From a virus (taxonomy: Duplodnaviria; Caudoviricetes): 49,174 nucleotides of DNA. This document shows positions 43,149 through 49,174 of the stretch, piece after piece (position 1 is the stretch's first letter; every line of letters begins with the position of its first letter). The stretch is from positions 1 to 49,174 of the IMG/VR virus record IMGVR_UViG_3300016665_000612; one strand, 5' to 3'. A program made the position numbers and the translations under genes. Below the pieces are notes generated by a model, which saw only the letters and a program-made list of their open reading frames with translations, searched no databases and was not told the DNA's origin.

Positions 43149-43460
43149 ATGTCTGCTAAGAAACAGTTAGTTAGATCTGCTTTTCGTGGTGTTGTCTTCA
43201 TGAGAGACAAGAATAGATGCCGAGTTTGTGGGCACCTAGAAAGCCCACTAGACGCTCATCACATCACAGACAGGAACTTGATGCCTGGAGGTGGTTATGT
43301 GGCAGAAAACGGTATCTCTCTGTGTCCTGAATGCCATCAGAAAGCCGAAGTGTTCCATCAAACAGGAATTGCCATGCCCGGTTGGCATCCCGACGACTTG
43401 TATCAGTTGATTGGATCAAGTTACGAGAAAGCATTCAAGGCATCACAGAAACTAAGTTGA
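43149..43460 (+). CDS. HNH endonuclease (free-standing)
   Basis: RD...CRVCG...LDAHHI...NGISLCPECH. Confidence 0.85.
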   Translation: MSAKKQLVRSAFRGVVFMRDKNRCRVCGHLESPLDAHHITDRNLMPGGGYVAENGISLCPECHQKAEVFHQTGIAMPGWHPDDLYQLIGSSYEKAFKASQKLS

Positions 43461-43491
43461 CAACCAAAACAACTTGCGGTAAGGTAAAACA

Positions 43492-43662
43492 ATGAACCTC
43501 TCGACAAAACAGTACGATTACAAAGCTGGCCGTTGGAACAGTGGTTACTTTGCTGCACCCAAGGCTCCTCTCTGGTTCAACATTCTTTTTTCGTTCCTCT
43601 GTTTGAGTTTTGTGTTTGGCATTGGATATGGTGCTTTTGCTCTTATGAAAATGTTTCGGTGA
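43492..43662 (+). CDS. small membrane protein (56 aa)
   Basis: ATG after a TTGACA promoter; hydrophobic C-terminal half. Confidence 0.45.
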   Translation: MNLSTKQYDYKAGRWNSGYFAAPKAPLWFNILFSFLCLSFVFGIGYGAFALMKMFR

Positions 43663-43787
43663 AGAAACTGGTTGACAACGAAAGAAGAAAGCAGTAAGAT
43701 AGTTACAGATCAACGGTCCCATACACTAACGGTTTAGGTGACTACCCTCTCAAGGTGAAATGAAGGTTAGAGTGCATACTTAATTGC

Positions 43788-44207
43788 ATGAGATGCAACA
43801 AGTGTGATCAAGAGAAGTCTGAAACAGATTTTGCAGCTTCGAAAAAATACGGAAAACAACCTTGGTGTCGTCAATGCCAGAAGAAAAGTCACAAAGCATA
43901 CTACCAAAAGAACAAACAGCACTTCATCGAGTATAAAGAATCAGTCAAACGACAAAGGCAAAAACAGCTACTAACTTACATGCAGGAGCAAGGTTGTAAG
44001 GACTGTGGCATCAAAGACCCACTTGTTTTGGAATTTGATCACATTGATCCAGAAACAAAAATAGAAAGTGTTTGCAAACTGTTGCAAAAAGGCCGAAAAA
44101 TGGAAACGATTTTGGCAGAAGTGGCAAAATGTGAAGTGAGATGCTGTAACTGTCATCGTAGAAGAACCATCCAGCAATTTGGATGGTATCGTGCTCGCAT
44201 AGATTAA
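43788..44207 (+). CDS. HNH endonuclease
   Basis: N-terminal CxxC..CxxC; CKDCG...LEFDHIDP..K...EVAKCEVRCCNCH; last codons overlap the inner tRNA. Confidence 0.85.
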   Translation: MRCNKCDQEKSETDFAASKKYGKQPWCRQCQKKSHKAYYQKNKQHFIEYKESVKRQRQKQLLTYMQEQGCKDCGIKDPLVLEFDHIDPETKIESVCKLLQKGRKMETILAEVAKCEVRCCNCHRRRTIQQFGWYRARID

Positions 44208-44269
44208 CTGGCTAAATCACCTGATTCTCAATCAGGTAAGTCCGGGTTCGAGTCCCGGTGCGAGTGCCA
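44193..44269 (+). tRNA. tRNA-Glu(CTC), nested replacement copy
   Basis: GCTCGCA/TGCGAGT-G-CCA; CCTGA-TTCTCAA-TCAGG. Confidence 0.9.
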
Positions 44270-44343
44270 ACACTGGCGGGTTCAAATCCCCCTGGGATCA
44301 TATTATCGAGTTTTAGTGACTAACATAAAGCTCAAAAACTCAC

Positions 44344-44417
44344 GTCCTCGTCGTCTAATTGGATAAGGCACCGTCCTTCTAAGTCGGTTATTGCAGGTTC
44401 GAGTCCTGCCGGGGATG
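44344..44417 (+). tRNA. tRNA-Arg(TCT)
   Basis: CCGTC-CTTCTAA-GTCGG; canonical D and T arms. Confidence 0.85.
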
Positions 44418-44554
44418 CTATGATTGTCTGCATGTGATATCTTTGGGGTCACTGAGTTGGAAAGGCTTGGCAATCATTCCAAGGTCGCTGGAGGTAATAG
44501 CCAGTCACTCTACCCAAGAGGGGTGTAGCTCAGTCAGAGCGTGGAAACTTTCCC

Positions 44555-44577
44555 TTAACTTAACTTAACTTAACTTA
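44555..44577 (+). repeat. (TTAAC)x4 microsatellite
   Basis: TTAACTTAACTTAACTTAACTTA. Confidence 0.7.
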
Positions 44578-44644
44578 TCTTACCTTGTTTTGTGTTAGTT
44601 TAATATATCAGGTAACAGTCACAGGCGCCTGTGACATAGTTACC

Positions 44645-45151
44645 ATCCCCTTAACTCACCAGATTAGAGTGCCACGCTTCGAACGTGGAAAAAAAGTTCG
44701 AAACATCATAATTAGATGTGTGAATTTAACAAAAACGTGTTCTCGTTGCCATAACGAATTTGAACTAAGCAAGTTCGCTATTAATCGGACTCGTTCTGAC
44801 GGACTAAATTCTAATTGTAAGTTGTGTCAAAAAGAATACCATAAAAAGCATTACCAAAATAACAAGAATTATTATGTTCAAAAAGCTCGTTATCACACTT
44901 CAAAACTTGAACAGTGGGTGAGAGAATTTAAACAAAAACCTTGTGCAGATTGCGGAAAAGAATATCCGTATTATGTGATGCAATTTGATCATCTTTCAGA
45001 TAAAGAATTTGTGCTTGCTAAAGCAAGGCTCTTTAGCAAAAAGAAAATATTAGAAGAAATTCACAAATGTGAAGTGGTTTGCGCAAATTGTCATGCGGAA
45101 CGAACACATAAAAGACGCCAGATACAATAGGTTCGATTCCTATAGGGGATA
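44645..45151 (+). pseudogene. split tRNA-Arg(TCG): 5' part 44645..~44690, 3' part ~45127..45151
   Basis: ATCCCCT/AGGGGAT-A; CCACG-CTTCGAA-CGTGG; T-arm ATAGG-TTCGATT-CCTAT after the HNH. Confidence 0.8.
44720..45130 (+). CDS. HNH endonuclease inserted in the tRNA-Arg(TCG) variable loop
   Basis: CSRC...CKLC; CADCG...MQFDHL...EIHKCEVVCANCHAERT; GTG start inferred; stop TAG lies in the T-stem. Confidence 0.85.
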   Translation: MNLTKTCSRCHNEFELSKFAINRTRSDGLNSNCKLCQKEYHKKHYQNNKNYYVQKARYHTSKLEQWVREFKQKPCADCGKEYPYYVMQFDHLSDKEFVLAKARLFSKKKILEEIHKCEVVCANCHAERTHKRRQIQ

Positions 45152-45153
45152 CT

Positions 45154-45561
45154 ATGGCTGTAATCTGCTTACAAGAAACTGATAGATTTGATTATTCACT
45201 TTCCAAATCTCACCAAAACAGTTTGATAATCCAGTATATTCTTGGAGTGATTTGGGACTATAGTTGGAGAATCAACTTTTCGCCTTCAGAAAGTCAAGAT
45301 AGAAAAATTGCTTCTTGGATACTAGGCTCAGACCAAAAATGGCTAGAAACTGCTCTTGAACTCCTCATGAAAGGAGTTGATATAAATAGCATTATTCTCA
45401 ACTCGCCTTCTATTCAGAAATATGGGGGTTTTTTCACACCTCTAGCTACACACTGTGAAAATCGACTGTTTGTTGTAAAAAACAGGTTTCTAGAGTTCAT
45501 TACTTTGAAGTTTGACTATCAAACAGATACAGCAAGTTTCGTGATTAATAAAGCGTATTAA
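45154..45561 (+). CDS. hypothetical protein
   Basis: 135 aa ORF. Confidence 0.55.
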   Translation: MAVICLQETDRFDYSLSKSHQNSLIIQYILGVIWDYSWRINFSPSESQDRKIASWILGSDQKWLETALELLMKGVDINSIILNSPSIQKYGGFFTPLATHCENRLFVVKNRFLEFITLKFDYQTDTASFVINKAY

Positions 45562-45701
45562 AGTTAAAAACGGTGGCACGCAATCACCTTGAGGTCACTT
45601 AAAACTGATCTCGATAGTTTACTGGCGAAAAAAACGTTAACAATTTTACGAAAGAAGTTGACATCTAAACCAAGTTGAGATACTATGTATCTCATACCTC
45701 T

Positions 45702-45775
45702 TCAGGATTCGTCCAATGGTAGGACAGTGGCCTTTGACTCCACGAACGGGGGTTCGAATCCCTCATCCTGATCCA
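45702..45775 (+). tRNA. tRNA-Gln(TTG)
   Basis: GTGG-C-CTTTGAC-T-CCAC; CCA end. Confidence 0.85.
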
Positions 45776-45794
45776 ACGCTCTTTCAAGAGCATT

Positions 45795-45837
45795 GATCTT
45801 TGACAACTAGGTTTTCATGCCTTATGAAGAGTAAGGC
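45795..45837 (+). promoter_or_regulatory. boxA + boxB-like antitermination site (copy 2)
   Basis: GATCTTTGACAACT then GCCTTAT-GAAGA-GTAAGGC. Confidence 0.6.
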
Positions 45838-45843
45838 AACCAT

Positions 45844-45919
45844 TCACCCATGGTCTAATGGCTAAGACACCACTCTCTGAAAGTGGCGAATCCAGGTTCG
45901 AATCCTGGTGGGTGACCCA
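45844..45919 (+). tRNA. tRNA-Gln(CTG)
   Basis: CCACT-CTCTGAA-AGTGG; CCA end. Confidence 0.9.
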
Positions 45920-45924
45920 ATATC

Positions 45925-46140
45925 ATGAGTATTTGTTCTGAGCACATGGCGCACAAAGACGAAAAATGTCTTTTTTGCAACTCCACTCCGGCTGATCTCT
46001 TTGGAGAAGAAGTTTGGGAAGTCGCAAAGAAAAAAGCTTTGGAAGCTGGGATCAGAAAATGTGTTAGGTGTGGGTTCGAATTCTACAGGACAACATGCTA
46101 CTGTCCAAGGTGTAGCAAAAATTATTCAGGAATCGACTAA
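45925..46140 (+). CDS. small zinc-finger protein
   Basis: CLFC, CVRCG, CPRC; last codons overlap the next tRNA. Confidence 0.55.
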   Translation: MSICSEHMAHKDEKCLFCNSTPADLFGEEVWEVAKKKALEAGIRKCVRCGFEFYRTTCYCPRCSKNYSGID

Positions 46141-46208
46141 TTGGTAGGTCAGCAGTCTTTGAAATTGCGAGCGAAAGCTCTGTGAAGGTTCGAGTCCTTC
46201 TTCCTGAA
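46126..46208 (+). tRNA. tRNA-Gln(TTG) with a long variable arm
   Basis: GCAGT-CTTTGAA-ATTGC; V-arm GAGC-GAAA-GCTC. Confidence 0.75.
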
Positions 46209-46210
46209 CT

Positions 46211-46580
46211 GGTTTTGTTTCTATGAGGTTTCATAGCCTCAGACGCGAAAGCGTTAAGGTCTTACTGAAATAAGACCTGAAAAAACCTTATGGTGGGTTA
46301 CATGTGTTGGCAATATATCTATCGGTACGAAAACCCACAGGGTGTTCTTCTGCGGTAGAAGAAATCAAGTTATTCGAAAGATGAGCTTGATGGTAGGAAA
46401 ATAGAATAATTGAGGGCGGTAAGTTTTAAAAACGCAGACCATTGAATGTAGAGTGTCAAAACTCCAGAGTAGATTAACCGAACTCTCTGAATCTTCTCGG
46501 CTTCTTCTCCGAGAAGAAACTTGCTTAAACCAGTACGGTTAAATTCCGTAAAAAAGGGTCCAACACTACGAAACAAAACC
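46211..46580 (+). ncRNA. large structured ncRNA (~370 nt)
   Basis: 11-bp closing helix GGTTTTGTTTC/GAAACAAAACC; many internal hairpins. Confidence 0.55.
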
Positions 46581-46660
46581 TCTTACTTCCAGACTTTACC
46601 GAACCCGATGTTCGGATTTTAGCCTGGGCAAAAGCCCAACTGCTATAAGCAGTTGGCAAC

Positions 46661-46733
46661 AGTGCTATAACTCAATGGTTAGAGTACCCGCTTGATAAGC
46701 GGGCGGTTGATGGTTCAAGTCCGTCTAGCACTA
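46661..46733 (+). tRNA. tRNA-Ile(GAT)
   Basis: CCCGC-TTGATAA-GCGGG. Confidence 0.9.
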
Positions 46734-46743
46734 CTAAGTTTAC

Positions 46744-46816
46744 AGGCTCATGGCAGAACGGTGTATGCAACGGCTTGATAAGCCGTTAAAAAGAGGTTCA
46801 ACTCCTCTTGGGCCTA
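46744..46816 (+). tRNA. tRNA-Ile(GAT)
   Basis: ACGGC-TTGATAA-GCCGT. Confidence 0.85.
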
Positions 46817-46834
46817 CTGTAGAATGATTTTTAT

Positions 46835-46908
46835 TGCGGCTGGGGGGTTTAGTATCCTCCGGGGCTCATAACCCTGGCAACCTGTGCAAATCAGCGAGCC
46901 CGCACCCA
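46835..46908 (+). tRNA. degenerate initiator-like tRNA-Met(CAT)
   Basis: GGGG-CTCATAA-CCCT arm; weak T-arm and acceptor. Confidence 0.4.
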
Positions 46909-46957
46909 ATTCGATTAAGCCTTGACAAAACTACTTGGATGAGATAAAACATAGTTC

Positions 46958-47146
46958 ATGCAAAAATATGAAATCATGGTAAAGAGCTTCTCTGATGATG
47001 TAGATCTTTCTGAGGACAGAAAGTTCTTGCTGGAACAAGGTCAGGAAGGGTGGAGGCTAGTTAGCACAGTTAAAACCACCAGACATATCATTTACTACAT
47101 GGAACGACCAATTCCATCAAGTCGTGCTAGTTCGATCAATCATTAA
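46958..47146 (+). CDS. DUF4177-like small protein (leaderless)
   Basis: KYE...L...GQEGWRLVS...YYMERP pattern. Confidence 0.6.
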   Translation: MQKYEIMVKSFSDDVDLSEDRKFLLEQGQEGWRLVSTVKTTRHIIYYMERPIPSSRASSINH

Positions 47147-47202
47147 CACAATCCCTACTGTTGGAGTGAACAACAACACTTGTTAACAACAGTAGAAACA
47201 AC

Positions 47203-47277
47203 GCTCTTGTAGCCCAACTGGTAGCAGGCAACCGTCTCAAAAGCGGTAAAGTGTGGGTTCGAATCCCACCAGGAGCA
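47203..47277 (+). tRNA. tRNA-Leu(CAA), short variable loop
   Basis: ACCGT-CTCAAAA-GCGGT; 5-nt variable loop. Confidence 0.8.
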
Positions 47278-47297
47278 CAAACACTGTTTTTAATCAT

Positions 47298-47380
47298 CCA
47301 GATGTGGGGGAATGGCAGACCCGCTACGCTTAGAACGTAGTTCCATCTATGGAGTGCAGGTTCAATTCCTGTCATCTGGA
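47298..47380 (+). tRNA. tRNA-Leu(TAG), long variable arm
   Basis: CTACG-CTTAGAA-CGTAG. Confidence 0.85.
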
Positions 47381-47481
47381 CTCGGTGGTGAGAACGAAAA
47401 CGCAAGATCCTAGTCAGATTATTTGCTGAGTAGTTTATACAGCCCACATTGTTCTTAAGAAAGACTATCTTAAGAAACAAT

Positions 47482-47556
47482 GCCTTTGTAGTCCAACTGG
47501 TAGCAGACATACGTCTCAGAAACGTAACAGTGAGGGTTCAAATCCCTCCAAAGGCA
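47482..47556 (+). tRNA. tRNA-Leu(CAG), short variable loop
   Basis: TACGT-CTCAGAA-ACGTA. Confidence 0.8.
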
Positions 47557-47562
47557 CTAACT

Positions 47563-47654
47563 TTTCTTGTGGCGGAACAGGCATACGCACCTAGACTAAC
47601 AATCCGGGTAAAAGCTTTGAAAAAAGTTTAAGGGTTCAAATCCCTTCTTGAAAA
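47563..47654 (+). pseudogene. degenerate Leu-type tRNA body (loop CTAACAA)
   Basis: GCGGAACAGGCATACGC D-arm and T-arm intact; acceptor poorly paired. Confidence 0.4.
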
Positions 47655-47690
47655 AGTTATCTTCATCTCAAAGGAAAAAAAGAAAAAAAC

Positions 47691-47837
47691 ATGAAAACAT
47701 ACACAATTGTTCTTGCTTTGCTTGCTGCTTTGATCTCAGGATGTCCTCGTTCTTCTTCGGTTGATGCTGGAACTGACATTGGTTCTGACATTCCAGTTGG
47801 ACCCGTTACATCTTCTGATGCTTCCACAGATCAGTGA
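47691..47837 (+). CDS. small lipoprotein (48 aa)
   Basis: MKTYTIVLALLAALISG-C lipobox followed by a Ser/Asp/Thr tail. Confidence 0.55.
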   Translation: MKTYTIVLALLAALISGCPRSSSVDAGTDIGSDIPVGPVTSSDASTDQ

Positions 47838-47899
47838 TCTAATCTGTTTCTTGATTAGAGTTTCAATAAAAACAATCTAATTACTCTCACGGAGTAACC

Positions 47900-48376
47900 A
47901 TGAAAGTAACTAAGAATCAGCTTCAAGCTCTAATCAGAGAATCAGTTCAAGAAGAAATAGGGAATCTTAATGAGGAAGAACTTCAAGAACTTCTTGGAGG
48001 CTTGAGGGGTTTGGCGGGTGGTGCAAGTAATCTTGCAAAGAAAGCAGGCGGCGCTGTTGCTGGCGCTGCAAGGGGCGTAGGAGCGGCGGCTTCTAGTGCT
48101 GCCAAGAGAGCCGGTGGGGCTGTTGCAGGCGCCGCTGGAGCGGCTGCTGGAGCCGTTAAAACGGCATACCAGACTGGCGAGAAGCAAGCAGCGATCTCTT
48201 CAGTGAAGAAGGGAATTCAAGGAGTTGTTGCAACGATTGATCAGGCACTTCAAAAAGTTGGAAATGATCCAAACGCTCAACATAACCTTGAAAATGTAAA
48301 AGCTGCTATAACATCTGCTCAAGCTGCTTTGGCTGAGTCAAAGAATCTAAAAACGCTTCGCAGAAAAACGAAGTGA
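47900..48376 (+). CDS. putative virion/head internal protein, Ala/Gly-rich
   Basis: MKVTKNQLQALIRESVQEE N-terminus; repeated AK.AGGAVAGAA; GGAG RBS; TAATTA upstream. Confidence 0.7.
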   Translation: MKVTKNQLQALIRESVQEEIGNLNEEELQELLGGLRGLAGGASNLAKKAGGAVAGAARGVGAAASSAAKRAGGAVAGAAGAAAGAVKTAYQTGEKQAAISSVKKGIQGVVATIDQALQKVGNDPNAQHNLENVKAAITSAQAALAESKNLKTLRRKTK

Positions 48377-48433
48377 AAAGTTGTTGACAAACAACAAAAG
48401 TTGTGTTACTATCTTCTCATAACACAACGAAAT

Positions 48434-48510
48434 GTCCCCATATACTCTCCCGCTACGAACGGGTTGAAAAGTTAATTGGATACATGGAGGTTCGAATCCT
48501 CTTGGGGATG
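48434..48510 (+). tRNA. D-arm-less, rearranged tRNA-Arg(ACG)
   Basis: GTCCCCA/TGGGGAT-G; CCCG-CTACGAA-CGGG; D-loop-like AGTTAATTGGATA lies 3' of the anticodon arm. Confidence 0.65.
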
Positions 48511-48519
48511 CTTTAAAAA

Positions 48520-48592
48520 CAGGATATGGCGTAATCTGGTAGCGTTCCCCATTTGGAGTGGGGAAGTTTGGGTTCAAATCCCAATATCCTGA
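48520..48592 (+). tRNA. tRNA-Pro(TGG)
   Basis: CCCCA-TTTGGAG-TGGGG. Confidence 0.85.
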
Positions 48593-48604
48593 CTATGTTT
48601 CTAT

Positions 48605-48687
48605 GTTGGCTGATGTGCAATGGCAGCACACTTGTTTGTGGCACAAGTTCCTAACGGAAAAAGCGGGTTCGATTCCCGTCAGTCAAC
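48605..48687 (+). tRNA. tRNA-His(GTG) with a long variable arm
   Basis: G-1:C73; CTTGT-TTGTGGC-ACAAG; V-arm TTCC-TAAC-GGAA. Confidence 0.7.
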
Positions 48688-48691
48688 CAAA

Positions 48692-48772
48692 GGAAGGTAC
48701 GGCAATGGTGCTGAACAGTCTTGAAAACTGTGACCCCGAAAGGGGTAGTGAGTTCGATTCTCTCACCTTCCG
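48692..48772 (+). tRNA. tRNA-Ser(TGA)
   Basis: ACAGT-CTTGAAA-ACTGT; long V-arm. Confidence 0.85.
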
Positions 48773-48774
48773 CT

Positions 48775-49002
48775 ATGATAACAAGCAGTTCTAAACATTA
48801 CAAAAGAACACACATGGGGATGTTACCCGGAGATATTCCAAAGGCTGATAAAATCAAGATGTTGGAAGAAGGTGTTCTTGACTTGGGTTACTGTCCGTGG
48901 TATAATCCTTCCAAGAAGTTTAGAGAAGTGTTTGAAAGAAAAGCCCTGAAGAGATTCAGAGCGAATGAAAAAAATGTGATTGCAGATTCAATGGGTTCGT
49001 GA
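48775..49002 (+). CDS. hypothetical protein
   Basis: ATG at 48775; stop falls inside the next tRNA. Confidence 0.5.
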   Translation: MITSSSKHYKRTHMGMLPGDIPKADKIKMLEEGVLDLGYCPWYNPSKKFREVFERKALKRFRANEKNVIADSMGS

Positions 49003-49063
49003 TGTAATGGCAGCATATGTGGTTGTGTCCCACAGTGAAAGAGTTCAAGTCTCTTCGATCCCT
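48993..49063 (+). tRNA. tRNA-His(GTG)
   Basis: TGTGG-TTGTGTC-CCACA. Confidence 0.7.
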
Positions 49064-49098
49064 CTACAAAAAACCTCTTGTGTTTCAAGAAGAAAAAA

Positions 49099-49168
49099 CC
49101 CGGTAAACTCAGGGTAGTGGCAGGGCTTCATAAGCCCTCGCAAGAAAGTTCAAATCTTTCTACCGGGA
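49099..49168 (+). tRNA. tRNA-Met/Ile2(CAT), weak D-arm
   Basis: CCCGGTA/TACCGGG-A; AGGGC-TTCATAA-GCCCT. Confidence 0.65.
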
Positions 49169-49174
49169 CTATTC

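Larger units (their letters stand above)
43762..44273 (+). mobile_element. HNH + replacement tRNA-Glu(CTC) cassette
   Basis: ~510-bp insert in the variable loop carrying an HNH and an intact tRNA-Glu(CTC). Confidence 0.75.
43715..44300 (+). pseudogene. split tRNA-Glu(CTC): 5' part 43715..~43761, 3' part ~44274..44300
   Basis: GGTCCCA/TGGGATC-A; CTCTCAA loop in the 5' part, T-arm in the 3' part. Confidence 0.8.

Noticed and set aside
27118-48794. Short ORF-track entries overlapping tRNAs and ncRNAs (e.g. 27118, 28263, 36253, 38226, 39410, 47449, 48558)
   Set aside because: They are translations of RNA genes with no RBS or protein features.
1-49174. Stop-codon reassignment or suppressor tRNAs
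   Set aside because: Known genes are full length in code 11, TAA, TGA and TAG all end genes, and I found no CTA, TTA or TCA anticodon.
26800-49174. CRISPR array
   Set aside because: The recurring GGTTCGA.TCC strings are tRNA T-arms; there are no regularly spaced identical repeats.

Overview
This is a fragment of a large tailed-phage (jumbo-phage-like) genome read in the standard code, with host-type sigma70 promoters. The first ~26 kb is an accessory-gene region. It holds two RNA ligases (Rnl1-like and DRB0094/Rnl5-like), PurA, four tandem class II glutamine amidotransferases, a DHFR-DUF1599 fusion, DnaJ, a SAM methyltransferase, UvsE, a GIY-YIG endonuclease, a metallophosphoesterase, an HD hydrolase, a DEDDh exonuclease and several probable virion internal proteins. 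From ~26.8 kb to the end is a very large tRNA/ncRNA array: roughly 35-40 near-canonical tRNAs, about 15 structurally aberrant tRNA-like RNAs and several 190-560 nt structured non-coding blocks. Interspersed are IF-3, a DenV-like glycosylase, a vWA protein and five HNH nucleases. The strongest candidate for an undescribed system is a set of 'HNH + replacement tRNA' cassettes. tRNA-Lys(TTT), tRNA-Leu(TAA) and tRNA-Glu(CTC) are each split by a 0.4-0.6 kb insert that carries an HNH gene plus a complete, divergent tRNA with the same anticodon. A fourth HNH splits tRNA-Arg(TCG) with no replacement. Other highlights: a promoter-proximal RNA mimicking 23S rRNA helices 43/44 (the uL11/GTPase centre), a stand-alone Gol-peptide-like capsid fragment, two D-arm-less rearranged tRNA-Arg genes, boxA/boxB-like antitermination sites, IF-3 with a CTG start, and a GIY-YIG gene that duplicated the C-terminus of its host ligase. 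All calls come from reading by eye; no database searches were run.
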